Assembly: GCA_045602745.1 (NCBI GenBank)
Contig: JAZSCD010000139.1
Coordinates: 1 to 39,525 of the forward strand
Direction: 5' to 3'
Length of the DNA: 39,525 nt
DNA from: Clostridia bacterium
GTDB lineage: Bacteria; Bacillota; Clostridia; TANB77; CAG-508
Shown here one piece after another: positions 18,828 through 26,348 of the stretch. Under the pieces are notes generated by a model that saw nothing but the letters and a program-made list of their open reading frames with translations, had not been told where the DNA came from and did not search any database. Both the position numbers and the translations under genes were made by a program. Each line of letters opens with the position of its first letter. Positions within the stretch are counted from its first letter, which is position 1.

Positions 18828-19440
18828 TATTTAATCCCCTTTTCTTTTATAAACACAATGCAATAATATACTAGGAATCGAACCTACTTATATGAGTTTT
18901 CCTGCTCACTCGTTACACCAGTTCACGATACTATTTACCAAAATAGATAAAAATTTCAGGAATTGAACCATTTTATATTATTGCATTCTATCTATAAACA
19001 CTACAAAGCAATATTATGGTCTTCTTGCGTTAATTACTCGCAAGCAATATGCTTTTCTAGGATAAAATAATACAAATAGCATACTTACCGTATTATTCTC
19101 TACCTGTGCCTAGATATTTTTTAATATTGCTTTATACTATCTATAGAAGTACATCGCCTCAGCTTTGTACTCCCCTGCTATGCAGAATTTTAATAGATAA
19201 TAACTAGGATATAGCTTGTCTCCATTGCTTCTTCTTTCCTCCAAATAAGATGGTAAAATATAAATGCGTGCTAAATTTATATATTAATGTTGCCTAGTAC
19301 TTTAATATCAATATGTACGGATACTTTATAGTCCACCCGTAAAGACACTCCACGGCTTGTTTTTCACCGCCTCAGGTATCCTGCTTTGCAAGATATTACT
19401 CCCTGGCAGGCTACCATAGGATACCGTTATCAATTCCCCC
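18828..19440 (-). ncRNA. candidate large structured RNA (unclassified; context resembles GOLLD/ROOL-type phage RNAs)
   Basis: ~610 nt without ORFs in a tightly packed genome; visibly more G+C than the flanks; nested helices (GGTATCC 19375-19381 / GGATACC 19419-19425; CCTGC/GCAGG inside); duplicated motif cgcctcag...tactccc(c)tg at 19155-19178 and 19368-19407; adjacent to tRNA-Pro. Confidence 0.35.
18862..18937 (-). tRNA. tRNA-like element, non-canonical (possible pseudo-tRNA or part of the large RNA)
   Basis: Good D-arm (TCGT-GAACTGGTGTA-ACGA) and T-arm (TAGG-TTCGATT-CCTA), but the anticodon stem GTGAG/CTCAT encloses 8 nt (CAGGAAAA) and the acceptor pairs poorly. Confidence 0.25.
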
Positions 19441-19516
19441 TGGTCTAGATATAAGGATTTGAACCTTCACCTAATCTGTCCAAGAGACTTGTGCTACCAA
19501 ATTACACCATACCTAG
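19441..19516 (-). tRNA. tRNA-Pro (anticodon UGG), CCA encoded
   Basis: Hand-folded cloverleaf: acceptor CTAGGTA/TATCTAG, D stem GTGT/GCAC, anticodon stem AGTCT/AGATT, loop CT-TGG-AC, T loop TTCAAAT, discriminator A, CCA; one 49-65 mismatch. Confidence 0.8.
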
Positions 19517-19726
19517 ATTTATAAAATATGTAGATAAGGATTTGCACCTTATATGAAAGCCTTCAGATATACCAACAAACAGCTTTCCTCGACTTTGCCC
19601 TTACTCTCTCCTCGTTGATTTTAAGAGTGTCTACTATTGCAATTTCGATATTATCTTTCTACTATCTACTTTGCTTTACCAATTATAAATTAAATCTATA
19701 ATTGTCTATTCCACCACTACATATTT
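19517..19726 (-). ncRNA. ORF-free segment ending in a tRNA-like T-arm/acceptor (unclassified)
   Basis: TAAGG-TGCAAAT-CCTTA T-arm-like hairpin (19537-19553 region); 3' CTACATA pairs with TATGTAG about 200 nt upstream; no D or anticodon arm recognisable. Confidence 0.2.
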
Positions 19727-19918
19727 CTAATTTTTAAATACACATTGCAAATCTCCATTGATATTTCTTGTTATATGGCATAAATCAGTTGTTTTATTTT
19801 TGCAATCTTTGCATTCTTTTCTTCTAAATTGTTCAAATTCTGATTTTAGTTTATTTGCATGTATTCTTTTCTTTTTCTTGTATTCTCTCATAATGTTGTC
19901 GGCTACGTAACTTTTCAT
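19727..19918 (-). CDS. hypothetical Cys-containing small protein
   Basis: 63-aa ORF, last gene of the early block. Confidence 0.5.
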   Translation of the reverse strand: MKSYVADNIMREYKKKKRIHANKLKSEFEQFRRKECKDCKNKTTDLCHITRNINGDLQCVFKN

Positions 19919-19942
19919 ATTTCATTCCTCCAACTATGTGTA

Positions 19943-20224
19943 TTATATCACATTTTTTGATTTCTCGCAACTCTGTTTTAATAATTTATATTTTTGCTTT
20001 ATTAAACATAATTCTTCTTTCAATGTTGCCTTTTCATCTTCTGCAATATAATACTTATTTAATATAGTTTTATATTGGTTATTTTGTATTTCATAATCTT
20101 TACTATTAACAAAATACTCGTTATAACACGCGACAATCCATTCTAAGTCATTTTTTATTTGTGTGTTAGTAATTTTATCTTTATATTCTATTAAACGTCT
20201 TATTTTGTCTTTTTCATAAACCAT
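19943..20224 (-). CDS. hypothetical protein
   Basis: 93-aa ORF, same-strand packing. Confidence 0.5.
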   Translation of the reverse strand: MVYEKDKIRRLIEYKDKITNTQIKNDLEWIVACYNEYFVNSKDYEIQNNQYKTILNKYYIAEDEKATLKEELCLIKQKYKLLKQSCEKSKNVI

Positions 20225-20376
20225 AACATTTTCTCCTTTAAAAATATTATGCCTTTTCTTTGATGTATTTTATCTCTCCATAATTCTTTGTCTCTCTCCA
20301 ACTCTTAAACTTATTACATTCTTCTTTTGTATCTACTTCTTTACAGAAATATCTTTTAGAACAACATTGACATAGT

Positions 20377-20745
20377 TTAGTCATTATTTTTATCCTTTCT
20401 TTTGATATATCTAATAATTTCGTTGATTTTATCTATTATGATTATTTGACTATTAGACCAAACTTTTACTGTTCCGTCAAAAACATAAGCACATTCTTTA
20501 TTTATTTCTTCTATATTATCTTCTAATATTTCAACTTCATAGCTTAAAATTCTTAAATGGTCTATTTTATAATTAAATGATACTTCTTCATTGTCTATTA
20601 CCCATATATAACCAGGATAAGTACTTGAATATTTGCATTTAATAATATTTCCATCTTCGTTGATGATATTAAATTTTGTATTATTTTTTAGTTCTCCATT
20701 TGCTATCATATTTAAAAGTTCAATCATCTTTATCTTTTTATTCAT
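20377..20745 (-). CDS. hypothetical protein
   Basis: 122-aa ORF; RBS GGAGGAG lies in the 3' end of the upstream gene. Confidence 0.55.
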   Translation of the reverse strand: MNKKIKMIELLNMIANGELKNNTKFNIINEDGNIIKCKYSSTYPGYIWVIDNEEVSFNYKIDHLRILSYEVEILEDNIEEINKECAYVFDGTVKVWSNSQIIIIDKINEIIRYIKRKDKNND

Positions 20746-20954
20746 CTTCTCCTCCTATCCAGCCGAAGCTCTTTCATAAAGTCACAGACTTCTTTCATTC
20801 CATATAATCTTGACAAATATTTATCGAATTTTATTTTTCCACCATACCTTTTATATCTTCCATAGTTTCTATTTTCCTCTGCCAAGCTAATTAATCTTTC
20901 AACCTCTTTACAATAATTTTCAACTGTTTCTTTTATCTCATCTGCCTTACTCAA
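20742..20954 (-). CDS. hypothetical protein; contains the only in-frame CGG not followed by an informative frame test
   Basis: 70-aa ORF (TTG start); CGG is codon 64 (plus ccg 20763-20765). Zero frame ends ...KEL-R-LDRRRR*; the +1 frame would end ...KEL-GWIGGEDE* at 20738. Confidence 0.5.
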   Translation of the reverse strand: MSKADEIKETVENYCKEVERLISLAEENRNYGRYKRYGGKIKFDKYLSRLYGMKEVCDFMKELRLDRRRR

Positions 20955-20956
20955 TA

Positions 20957-21190
20957 TTATCCCTCCTTTATTTGCTCATAATCAAATATTTCACATAAGT
21001 GGTCTACAACATCTTGAATACTTTGACTATCATCTCCTATAAATTCGCCATCAACAAAATAATTTGTTATTGTAGAAGTAGTTACTCCATCAGATTCTAA
21101 TAAACATTCTTCACAAATTATTTCGCCTGTATCTTTATTTTTATAATAATAATCAGCATACTCGCTTCCACATATTTCACACTTACTCAA
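20957..21190 (-). CDS. zinc-ribbon protein
   Basis: 77 aa, CEICG...CEEC. Confidence 0.55.
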   Translation of the reverse strand: MSKCEICGSEYADYYYKNKDTGEIICEECLLESDGVTTSTITNYFVDGEFIGDDSQSIQDVVDHLCEIFDYEQIKEG

Positions 21191-21205
21191 TATTATCCGC
21201 TCCTT

Positions 21206-21427
21206 TCAAAATCTTTGTGTTATACTATGTGCATAAGTTGTTCCTAATTCTGTTTTTGCATCACACTCTGGACATCTCACATATCTTTTATATTGTTCTG
21301 GACTAGTTGTATATGCTAATGATGTATCTATCATTATATCATGTTGCTCATATTCAAACTTACATCCACATATACATTTTATTATTTTATTTTCTTGATA
21401 AAAATTTCCGTGTTCTAATACTCTCAT
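21206..21427 (-). CDS. zinc-ribbon protein
   Basis: 73 aa, CICGC...CPEC. Confidence 0.55.
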   Translation of the reverse strand: MRVLEHGNFYQENKIIKCICGCKFEYEQHDIMIDTSLAYTTSPEQYKRYVRCPECDAKTELGTTYAHSITQRF

Positions 21428-21448
21428 ACTTCCTCCTAACTGCTCCCT

Positions 21449-21610
21449 TTAAAGTCTTAATAACCATATAGCAAAATTATCTTTGGCATCTATTATTTTA
21501 TGTTTTAAAGGGTGCGCTATTCTATCTATTTTTTCTTCAAGTTCTAATTCTTCTTTTATTCTTTTCTCTTGTTCTTTGAACCAATCGTTATCCATCCATT
21601 CTCCCCACAT
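21449..21610 (-). CDS. hypothetical 53-aa protein
   Basis: Hand-translated MWGEWMDNDWFKEQEKRIKEELELEEKIDRIAHPLKHKIIDAKDNFAIWLLRL; GGAGG RBS preceded by the 17-nt palindromic element. Confidence 0.4.
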   Translation of the reverse strand: MWGEWMDNDWFKEQEKRIKEELELEEKIDRIAHPLKHKIIDAKDNFAIWLLRL

Positions 21611-21622
21611 AATTATTTCCTC

Positions 21623-21850
21623 CTAACTGCTGTATATTACAGCCTTAATACTTAAAATTTTTTTCATTGAATATTCTTCTGTTTCTAAAATATGGTCTAA
21701 TTGTTTTGAAAAATCTTCTAGTAATCTTATATATTCTTCTTTATTGCAGTATGGATTATAAAAGACTTTTTCTTGCTTTGTTGTTTCAATTTCATAATTG
21801 TAATATGCTTGTAATTTTTGTATTTTTAAAATTAAACCTTTATAACTCAT
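21623..21850 (-). CDS. hypothetical protein
   Basis: 75-aa ORF; RBS preceded by the 17-nt palindromic element. Confidence 0.5.
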   Translation of the reverse strand: MSYKGLILKIQKLQAYYNYEIETTKQEKVFYNPYCNKEEYIRLLEDFSKQLDHILETEEYSMKKILSIKAVIYSS

Positions 21851-21882
21851 TATTACTCCTTCTGCTGTATATTACAGCTAAA

Positions 21883-22023
21883 TTAATTACATAAATCTAT
21901 ATATTTAAAACTATCTTCTAAACACTTTTCTAAACATTCTATTAGAAAATCTGTTAATTCTACTTTTCCATTTTCTTTATATGTACTTATAATTGTTTTT
22001 ACCATCATTTGATATTCTTCCAT
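21883..22023 (-). CDS. hypothetical 46-aa protein
   Basis: Hand-translated MEEYQMMVKTIISTYKENGKVELTDFLIECLEKCLEDSFKYIDLCN. Confidence 0.35.
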   Translation of the reverse strand: MEEYQMMVKTIISTYKENGKVELTDFLIECLEKCLEDSFKYIDLCN

Positions 22024-22039
22024 CTTTAATCCTTCCTTT

Positions 22040-22381
22040 CTACTCATCAACTATTTCAAAATAACAATCTACATCTGGTCTCATTTTAAATTTTTGACTA
22101 GTTTTACTAAATACTCTTATAACTCCATTTTCTGGTATAACTATACCTAATCCTTCCAACGGATTTTTAGAAGGATTTATAGCTGTAGCATCGCTTTGTG
22201 TAGTTAATAAATACTTCTCTTTTTTTTCAGTTTCGCCAATAATATACATTTGTCTACACCCACTATATTTATCTCTTTCATTTGTTGGTAAAATATAAAT
22301 CGTATTAAATAATAATTCTTTTTTTATAATATTAAGCTCGTGTTTACATTCTTTCAAAAAATCTTTTTGTGTTCTATTCAT
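22040..22381 (-). CDS. hypothetical protein
   Basis: 113-aa ORF. Confidence 0.5.
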   Translation of the reverse strand: MNRTQKDFLKECKHELNIIKKELLFNTIYILPTNERDKYSGCRQMYIIGETEKKEKYLLTTQSDATAINPSKNPLEGLGIVIPENGVIRVFSKTSQKFKMRPDVDCYFEIVDE

Positions 22382-22400
22382 ATTAATCCTTCCTTTCTAC

Positions 22401-22634
22401 TTAATCCCATACCCTAAAACCTATTTCATATTCAGTCACACTATATCCATAATCTTTTAGACAATTTGCAACTGTTTCATTTATAAAATCTCTAAAATCT
22501 CCATTTAATATTCTTTGTATTGTATGAATATCATAAATTGATAAATTATACTTTTTTAATATTCTTGATTTCCCTGTATCATATAATTTTGATAATTCTT
22601 CTTTTAACTTTTGTTGTTTATCAATCGGTTTCAT
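22401..22634 (-). CDS. hypothetical protein
   Basis: 77-aa ORF. Confidence 0.5.
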   Translation of the reverse strand: MKPIDKQQKLKEELSKLYDTGKSRILKKYNLSIYDIHTIQRILNGDFRDFINETVANCLKDYGYSVTEYEIGFRVWD

Positions 22635-22690
22635 ATCCTACTTCCTTTCACATTTTTCTAATGACTTTTTATATGTTTTATCACATTTTT

Positions 22691-23053
22691 CTAATCAGTT
22701 TTAACTTTATAACTTATAGATTCCATCATTTCTTTTGTAACTACTGTTTTTATATCTTCTTCATTTGTTAAATATTCTGTTGTAGTTGTTATTTCTCTTC
22801 CCCAATCTAATCCAGTTTCTATTTTTTCAACTAGTTCTCCATTTACATAGTCTCCTTCACAAATGAGGTCTATTAAGTTAGGAGAATGTTTTAATTTTTT
22901 AATGTTATCTATACTTGTAAATGCTACTTTTTCATTTTGGCATAAGCATACTTTTCTATAATCATTGTTGTCAAATTTTATGTTTATATGAGATATTATA
23001 AATATACCTTGATTACTTCTTACAAATTCATTTACTTTTATTTCATTTTCCAT
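22691..23053 (-). CDS. hypothetical protein
   Basis: 120-aa ORF. Confidence 0.5.
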   Translation of the reverse strand: MENEIKVNEFVRSNQGIFIISHINIKFDNNDYRKVCLCQNEKVAFTSIDNIKKLKHSPNLIDLICEGDYVNGELVEKIETGLDWGREITTTTEYLTNEEDIKTVVTKEMMESISYKVKTD

Positions 23054-23056
23054 AAA

Positions 23057-23275
23057 TTAGTCCTCCTCTGCATAATATCCTAATATTTTAAACTTATCAT
23101 TTAATACTTTTCCTGCATATAAACCTGTGCCATTATATGCAATTAATTTTAAATCATTTATATATAATCTATATGTTAAACCATACTCGTATCTTAATCT
23201 TATATCTTTTTTAATTTTTCCTTTTGCAATTTCTTGTATGATTTCTAAAAGAGAAACTTCATCTCCTATTTTCAT
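23057..23275 (-). CDS. hypothetical protein
   Basis: 72-aa ORF. Confidence 0.5.
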   Translation of the reverse strand: MKIGDEVSLLEIIQEIAKGKIKKDIRLRYEYGLTYRLYINDLKLIAYNGTGLYAGKVLNDKFKILGYYAEED

Positions 23276-23279
23276 ATAT

Positions 23280-23705
23280 CTACTCCTTTTCTAAAAGTGA
23301 TTGCATAACATCTTTATAAATATCATTTTCTTTTCTTGCATCCTGTACATCATCATACCAATAATAATCTTTACCATATTCTATTTTGGCATTATGTATT
23401 ATGTTGTTATTCTTTTGCATCTTTTCACCTATTTTTGCTTTTATTTTGTCTTTGCTGACATAATTATAATTAACCCATTTCATATTTACCATTTCTTCTG
23501 TTCTTTCAATAGGTTCTGCACAATCTGATTGTGTTTTATTCTTCTCTTTTAATTCTTCTATTTCTTTAGATTGTTTTTCTATTAGATTAGCTGCTTGTTT
23601 TATAGCTTCAAATTTTCCAACTGATAAATAACCATTTTGTTCATATTCTTGTTCACAATATCTTAATTTCTTTATTAAATTTTCTTTTTCTTCATCACTT
23701 AACAT
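23280..23705 (-). CDS. hypothetical protein
   Basis: 141-aa ORF. Confidence 0.5.
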   Translation of the reverse strand: MLSDEEKENLIKKLRYCEQEYEQNGYLSVGKFEAIKQAANLIEKQSKEIEELKEKNKTQSDCAEPIERTEEMVNMKWVNYNYVSKDKIKAKIGEKMQKNNNIIHNAKIEYGKDYYWYDDVQDARKENDIYKDVMQSLLEKE

Positions 23706-23719
23706 TGTTTTATTCCTCC

Positions 23720-24040
23720 TTACATATCTGGATTTCCTAAAAATAAATGCTCATTCTGACATCTTTCTTGACTATCTTTTAAACATTGTAACAATATTTT
23801 ATTTTTCTCTTTTTCTTTTTCAAGCTCTTGTTGTAACTCTCTATACCTTATAATTAATTCTAAAGTTACTTGATGTTCTTCTAATATTCGACCATTTCCA
23901 TATTGTATTGTTTTTTCACAGTGTTGTTCTAATTTATTTAAATTTTCTTCTGTCAAAAAAGAAATAGGCTGTTGCATATACTTACAACTGAATTGTTTAT
24001 TCCATTCATCTATAGGCATCATTAACTCTTCTATATCCAT
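23720..24040 (-). CDS. hypothetical protein
   Basis: 106-aa ORF. Confidence 0.5.
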   Translation of the reverse strand: MDIEELMMPIDEWNKQFSCKYMQQPISFLTEENLNKLEQHCEKTIQYGNGRILEEHQVTLELIIRYRELQQELEKEKEKNKILLQCLKDSQERCQNEHLFLGNPDM

Positions 24041-24314
24041 TTACTTACACCTCTCTTCAAAATATTTTCTAATTTGTTCTTTTGTTTTAATATTATTATC
24101 AAAATCGCAACCTGTATAAATATGGTCTATCATCAACTCTATTATCCTATCCCTTTCTTTAACAATATCCATTAAATCTGCTATTCTATTATTAGCTTCA
24201 TATAAATCTGATTGAGTGTTTTCCAACTCTTTTAAAATCTTCTTTACTTCATCTGCATTTAATGTGCATCCGTTTTTCTTTATAATAATTTAACTTTGAT
24301 TTTAATTTATCCAT
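24041..24314 (-). CDS. hypothetical 90-aa early protein, requires a +1 shift at CGG (plus ccg 24270-24272)
   Basis: ATG overlapping the upstream stop (TAATG) gives MDKLKSKLNYYKEK-CGG-...stop after 7 codons. Skipping the C gives GCTLNADEVKKILKELENTQSDLYEANN..., in frame with track ORF 24041..24226, which otherwise has only a TTG start. Confidence 0.55.
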
Positions 24315-24496
24315 TATTCCCACATCTCCTTAAAAAATTCATTGTAACATTCATGGCAAAAGTCCCATACATCATCTCCATATTCTTCTGATGTTACTTT
24401 TACTCTGTGTTTTTCTATAACTGATATAGTCTTACCACAACGATTACACATGTATATACTTTCTAATTTATTTTTACGGTTAATTTTTACTAACAC
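24314..24496 (-). CDS. zinc-ribbon protein
   Basis: 60 aa, CNRCG...CHEC. Confidence 0.55.
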   Translation of the reverse strand: MLVKINRKNKLESIYMCNRCGKTISVIEKHRVKVTSEEYGDDVWDFCHECYNEFFKEMWE

Positions 24497-24499
24497 TAT

Positions 24500-24883
24500 T
24501 TATACTTCCTTTATCTCTAAAATAACTTTGCTTTCCTTTGCATACTCAAATGTATCTGTAAATCCTGTTACACAATTTCTATTATCATCTTTTAGCTTTC
24601 CTGCTTTTACCATTGCATCTAATATAAACTTTTTAGCAAAACATACATTGTCTAAATCTCGCTTTTTGTTTTCTTCTATCCAATGAAAATGTATTTGTAT
24701 AGGCTTTTCATACTTGGGTAATCTGTTTATATACCATTCTATATCTTCTTCTACTTGCTTTTTCATATTAGCCCCTGCATATCTGTTTTTTCTGCATTCA
24801 TTTATGTAATTGTTTAAACTAGGCAATCTTAAAGGTATTTCTATTTTATCTACATATTCTTTAGCTATTACTTTGTTTTCCAT
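24500..24883 (-). CDS. rusA: RusA-family Holliday junction resolvase
   Basis: 127 aa; ...KKRDLDNVCFAKKFILDAMVKAGKLKDDN... matches the RusA D-L-D-N / DD motif pattern. Confidence 0.7.
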   Translation of the reverse strand: MENKVIAKEYVDKIEIPLRLPSLNNYINECRKNRYAGANMKKQVEEDIEWYINRLPKYEKPIQIHFHWIEENKKRDLDNVCFAKKFILDAMVKAGKLKDDNRNCVTGFTDTFEYAKESKVILEIKEV

Positions 24884-25137
24884 ATTTCCTCCTCGTATTG
24901 TGAAAATTCACCTATTATTTCTTTCATTGTAGGTATTTCTCTTGTATTTAACCATTCTCTAAATTTTTTCTCACAACTTTCGCATAAATCAAAATCTTTA
25001 TATGGTGCAGATTGTCCTCTTTTTGATTTATAATAATGATTTATTCCTACAAACCCTTTTTGTGCAACATATCTTATTTTTTCTCCACATTTATCGCATA
25101 TATAATTTGCTTTCCATCTATTACTTCCTAAATTCAT
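24868..25137 (-). CDS. zinc-ribbon protein
   Basis: 89 aa, CDKCG...CESC. Confidence 0.55.
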   Translation of the reverse strand: MNLGSNRWKANYICDKCGEKIRYVAQKGFVGINHYYKSKRGQSAPYKDFDLCESCEKKFREWLNTREIPTMKEIIGEFSQYEEEIWKTK

Positions 25138-25267
25138 TTAAGTACTCCTGTTTCCACTCAACTTTTTCATTCCATTTACATTTATAAACTCCTATAAAAT
25201 TAGGATTTTCTAATCTTTGACAGCCTAGGCAGTCTTTACATACTCCTATTAGTTTTTGATATTTCAT
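25121..25267 (-). CDS. hypothetical Cys-rich 48-aa protein
   Basis: Hand-translated MKYQKLIGVCKDCLGCQRLENPNFIGVYKCKWNEKVEWKQEYLNEFRK; start abuts the upstream stop. Confidence 0.4.
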   Translation of the reverse strand: MKYQKLIGVCKDCLGCQRLENPNFIGVYKCKWNEKVEWKQEYLNEFRK

Positions 25268-25672
25268 TTATTCCTCCATATATTTACATTTTTGTAACAA
25301 ATGTAATGCTAATTCCATATAATCTTTTACTTGATTTTCATCTGGCAAACCCCAAGTTGCAAAACCTTGCAATGTATCACATCCAGAACACGAACCATAA
25401 TAAGTATTTGTGTAAACATATTCTTCTACTGATGGTTGATAAGTACTTCTATGTAAAATAAATATTTGTGTTCCTTGATAATCTCCATCATCAATTACAA
25501 GCATATTTTCTATATCAAATTTTCCATAATCTATGTCTCTATTTACAACATTTTCAAATAATAACCTTACTATTTCTTCGTATGTACCATACTCTTCCTG
25601 TTTTGTATTTCTAAAATAATCTTCTAAATCATTTTTATGCTTATTCCAACTTTCAACAAATTCTTTAATCAT
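25268..25672 (-). CDS. hypothetical protein
   Basis: 134-aa ORF. Confidence 0.55.
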   Translation of the reverse strand: MIKEFVESWNKHKNDLEDYFRNTKQEEYGTYEEIVRLLFENVVNRDIDYGKFDIENMLVIDDGDYQGTQIFILHRSTYQPSVEEYVYTNTYYGSCSGCDTLQGFATWGLPDENQVKDYMELALHLLQKCKYMEE

Positions 25673-25764
25673 CTTTCCTCCTCCAAATTAACTTGAACTA
25701 TTTTATAATCTACTTTTAACTCTTCTACATAAACTACTTTACATTCCATAATTTATCTTTCCTC

Positions 25765-26139
25765 TTAATATTTTTCTATTTTAATACCATCTTTTATTAG
25801 CATTTCTCTGTACTCTTTTCTGTTATATTCTCCGTTGTAAAATCCTTTTATTGTTTCTGATAAATCGTCAACAACCGCTTTAAGCCTTTTATTTCCAAAT
25901 CGTGTTGATTCTCCAAAATGTAAGGCATACATTAAAGCTGTATCAACATCTTTTAATCTTTCAGCATATTGTTCTAAATAATAATCCTTATATCTATTTC
26001 TGTAAAATTCTGCTAATCTTCTTTCAAAGTCTTGCCCCCATTTTAATATTTCTTTTTTATCTTTGTTTTTAGCACATCTTTGTAATCTGTTTAATTCGTT
26101 TGTATCAAACATTTCAACTATATTCTCTTGTTCTTTCAT
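25765..26139 (-). CDS. hypothetical protein
   Basis: 124-aa ORF, ATGA overlap with upstream gene. Confidence 0.55.
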   Translation of the reverse strand: MKEQENIVEMFDTNELNRLQRCAKNKDKKEILKWGQDFERRLAEFYRNRYKDYYLEQYAERLKDVDTALMYALHFGESTRFGNKRLKAVVDDLSETIKGFYNGEYNRKEYREMLIKDGIKIEKY

Positions 26140-26348
26140 ATTTCAAATCCTCCTAATACCTCATCAGATGTTACTTCCTGATATTTTTCTATTTGTCTTA
26201 TTATTACATCAACCTTATTATAAACTTTAAATAATTCATTTAAGTATTTGTCACAATCTTCTGGGTGTTCATCTAAATAATTACAACCATTGTACAATCT
26301 GTTTAAATTAAAATTATAATCCATTTTTAACTCTTTTAAATCTACCAT
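26136..26348 (-). CDS. hypothetical protein
   Basis: 70-aa ORF overlapping helicase stop. Confidence 0.5.
   Translation of the reverse strand: MVDLKELKMDYNFNLNRLYNGCNYLDEHPEDCDKYLNELFKVYNKVDVIIRQIEKYQEVTSDEVLGGFEI

Noticed and set aside
19381-19440. tmRNA, suggested by the GGGGG start right after tRNA-Pro plus T-arm-like hairpins downstream
   Set aside because: There is no 3' segment complementary to GGGGGAA ending in CCA, no G3-U70 pair, and no recognisable resume codon or tag ORF. The resemblance is superficial.
18828-19726. A quadruplet-decoding tRNA (anticodon NCCG in an 8-nt loop) that would read CGGN
   Set aside because: The CCG occurrences in the RNA region (both strands) do not sit in stem-loops of tRNA geometry, and the one 8-nt-loop element has the loop CAGGAAAA. 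There is no support from sequence alone.
21629-21643. LexA/SOS box reading of GCTGTATATTACAGC
   Set aside because: The spacing is CTG-N7-CAG, not the CTG-N10-CAG of the enterobacterial box, and it does not resemble the Firmicutes CGAAC-N4-GTTCG box.
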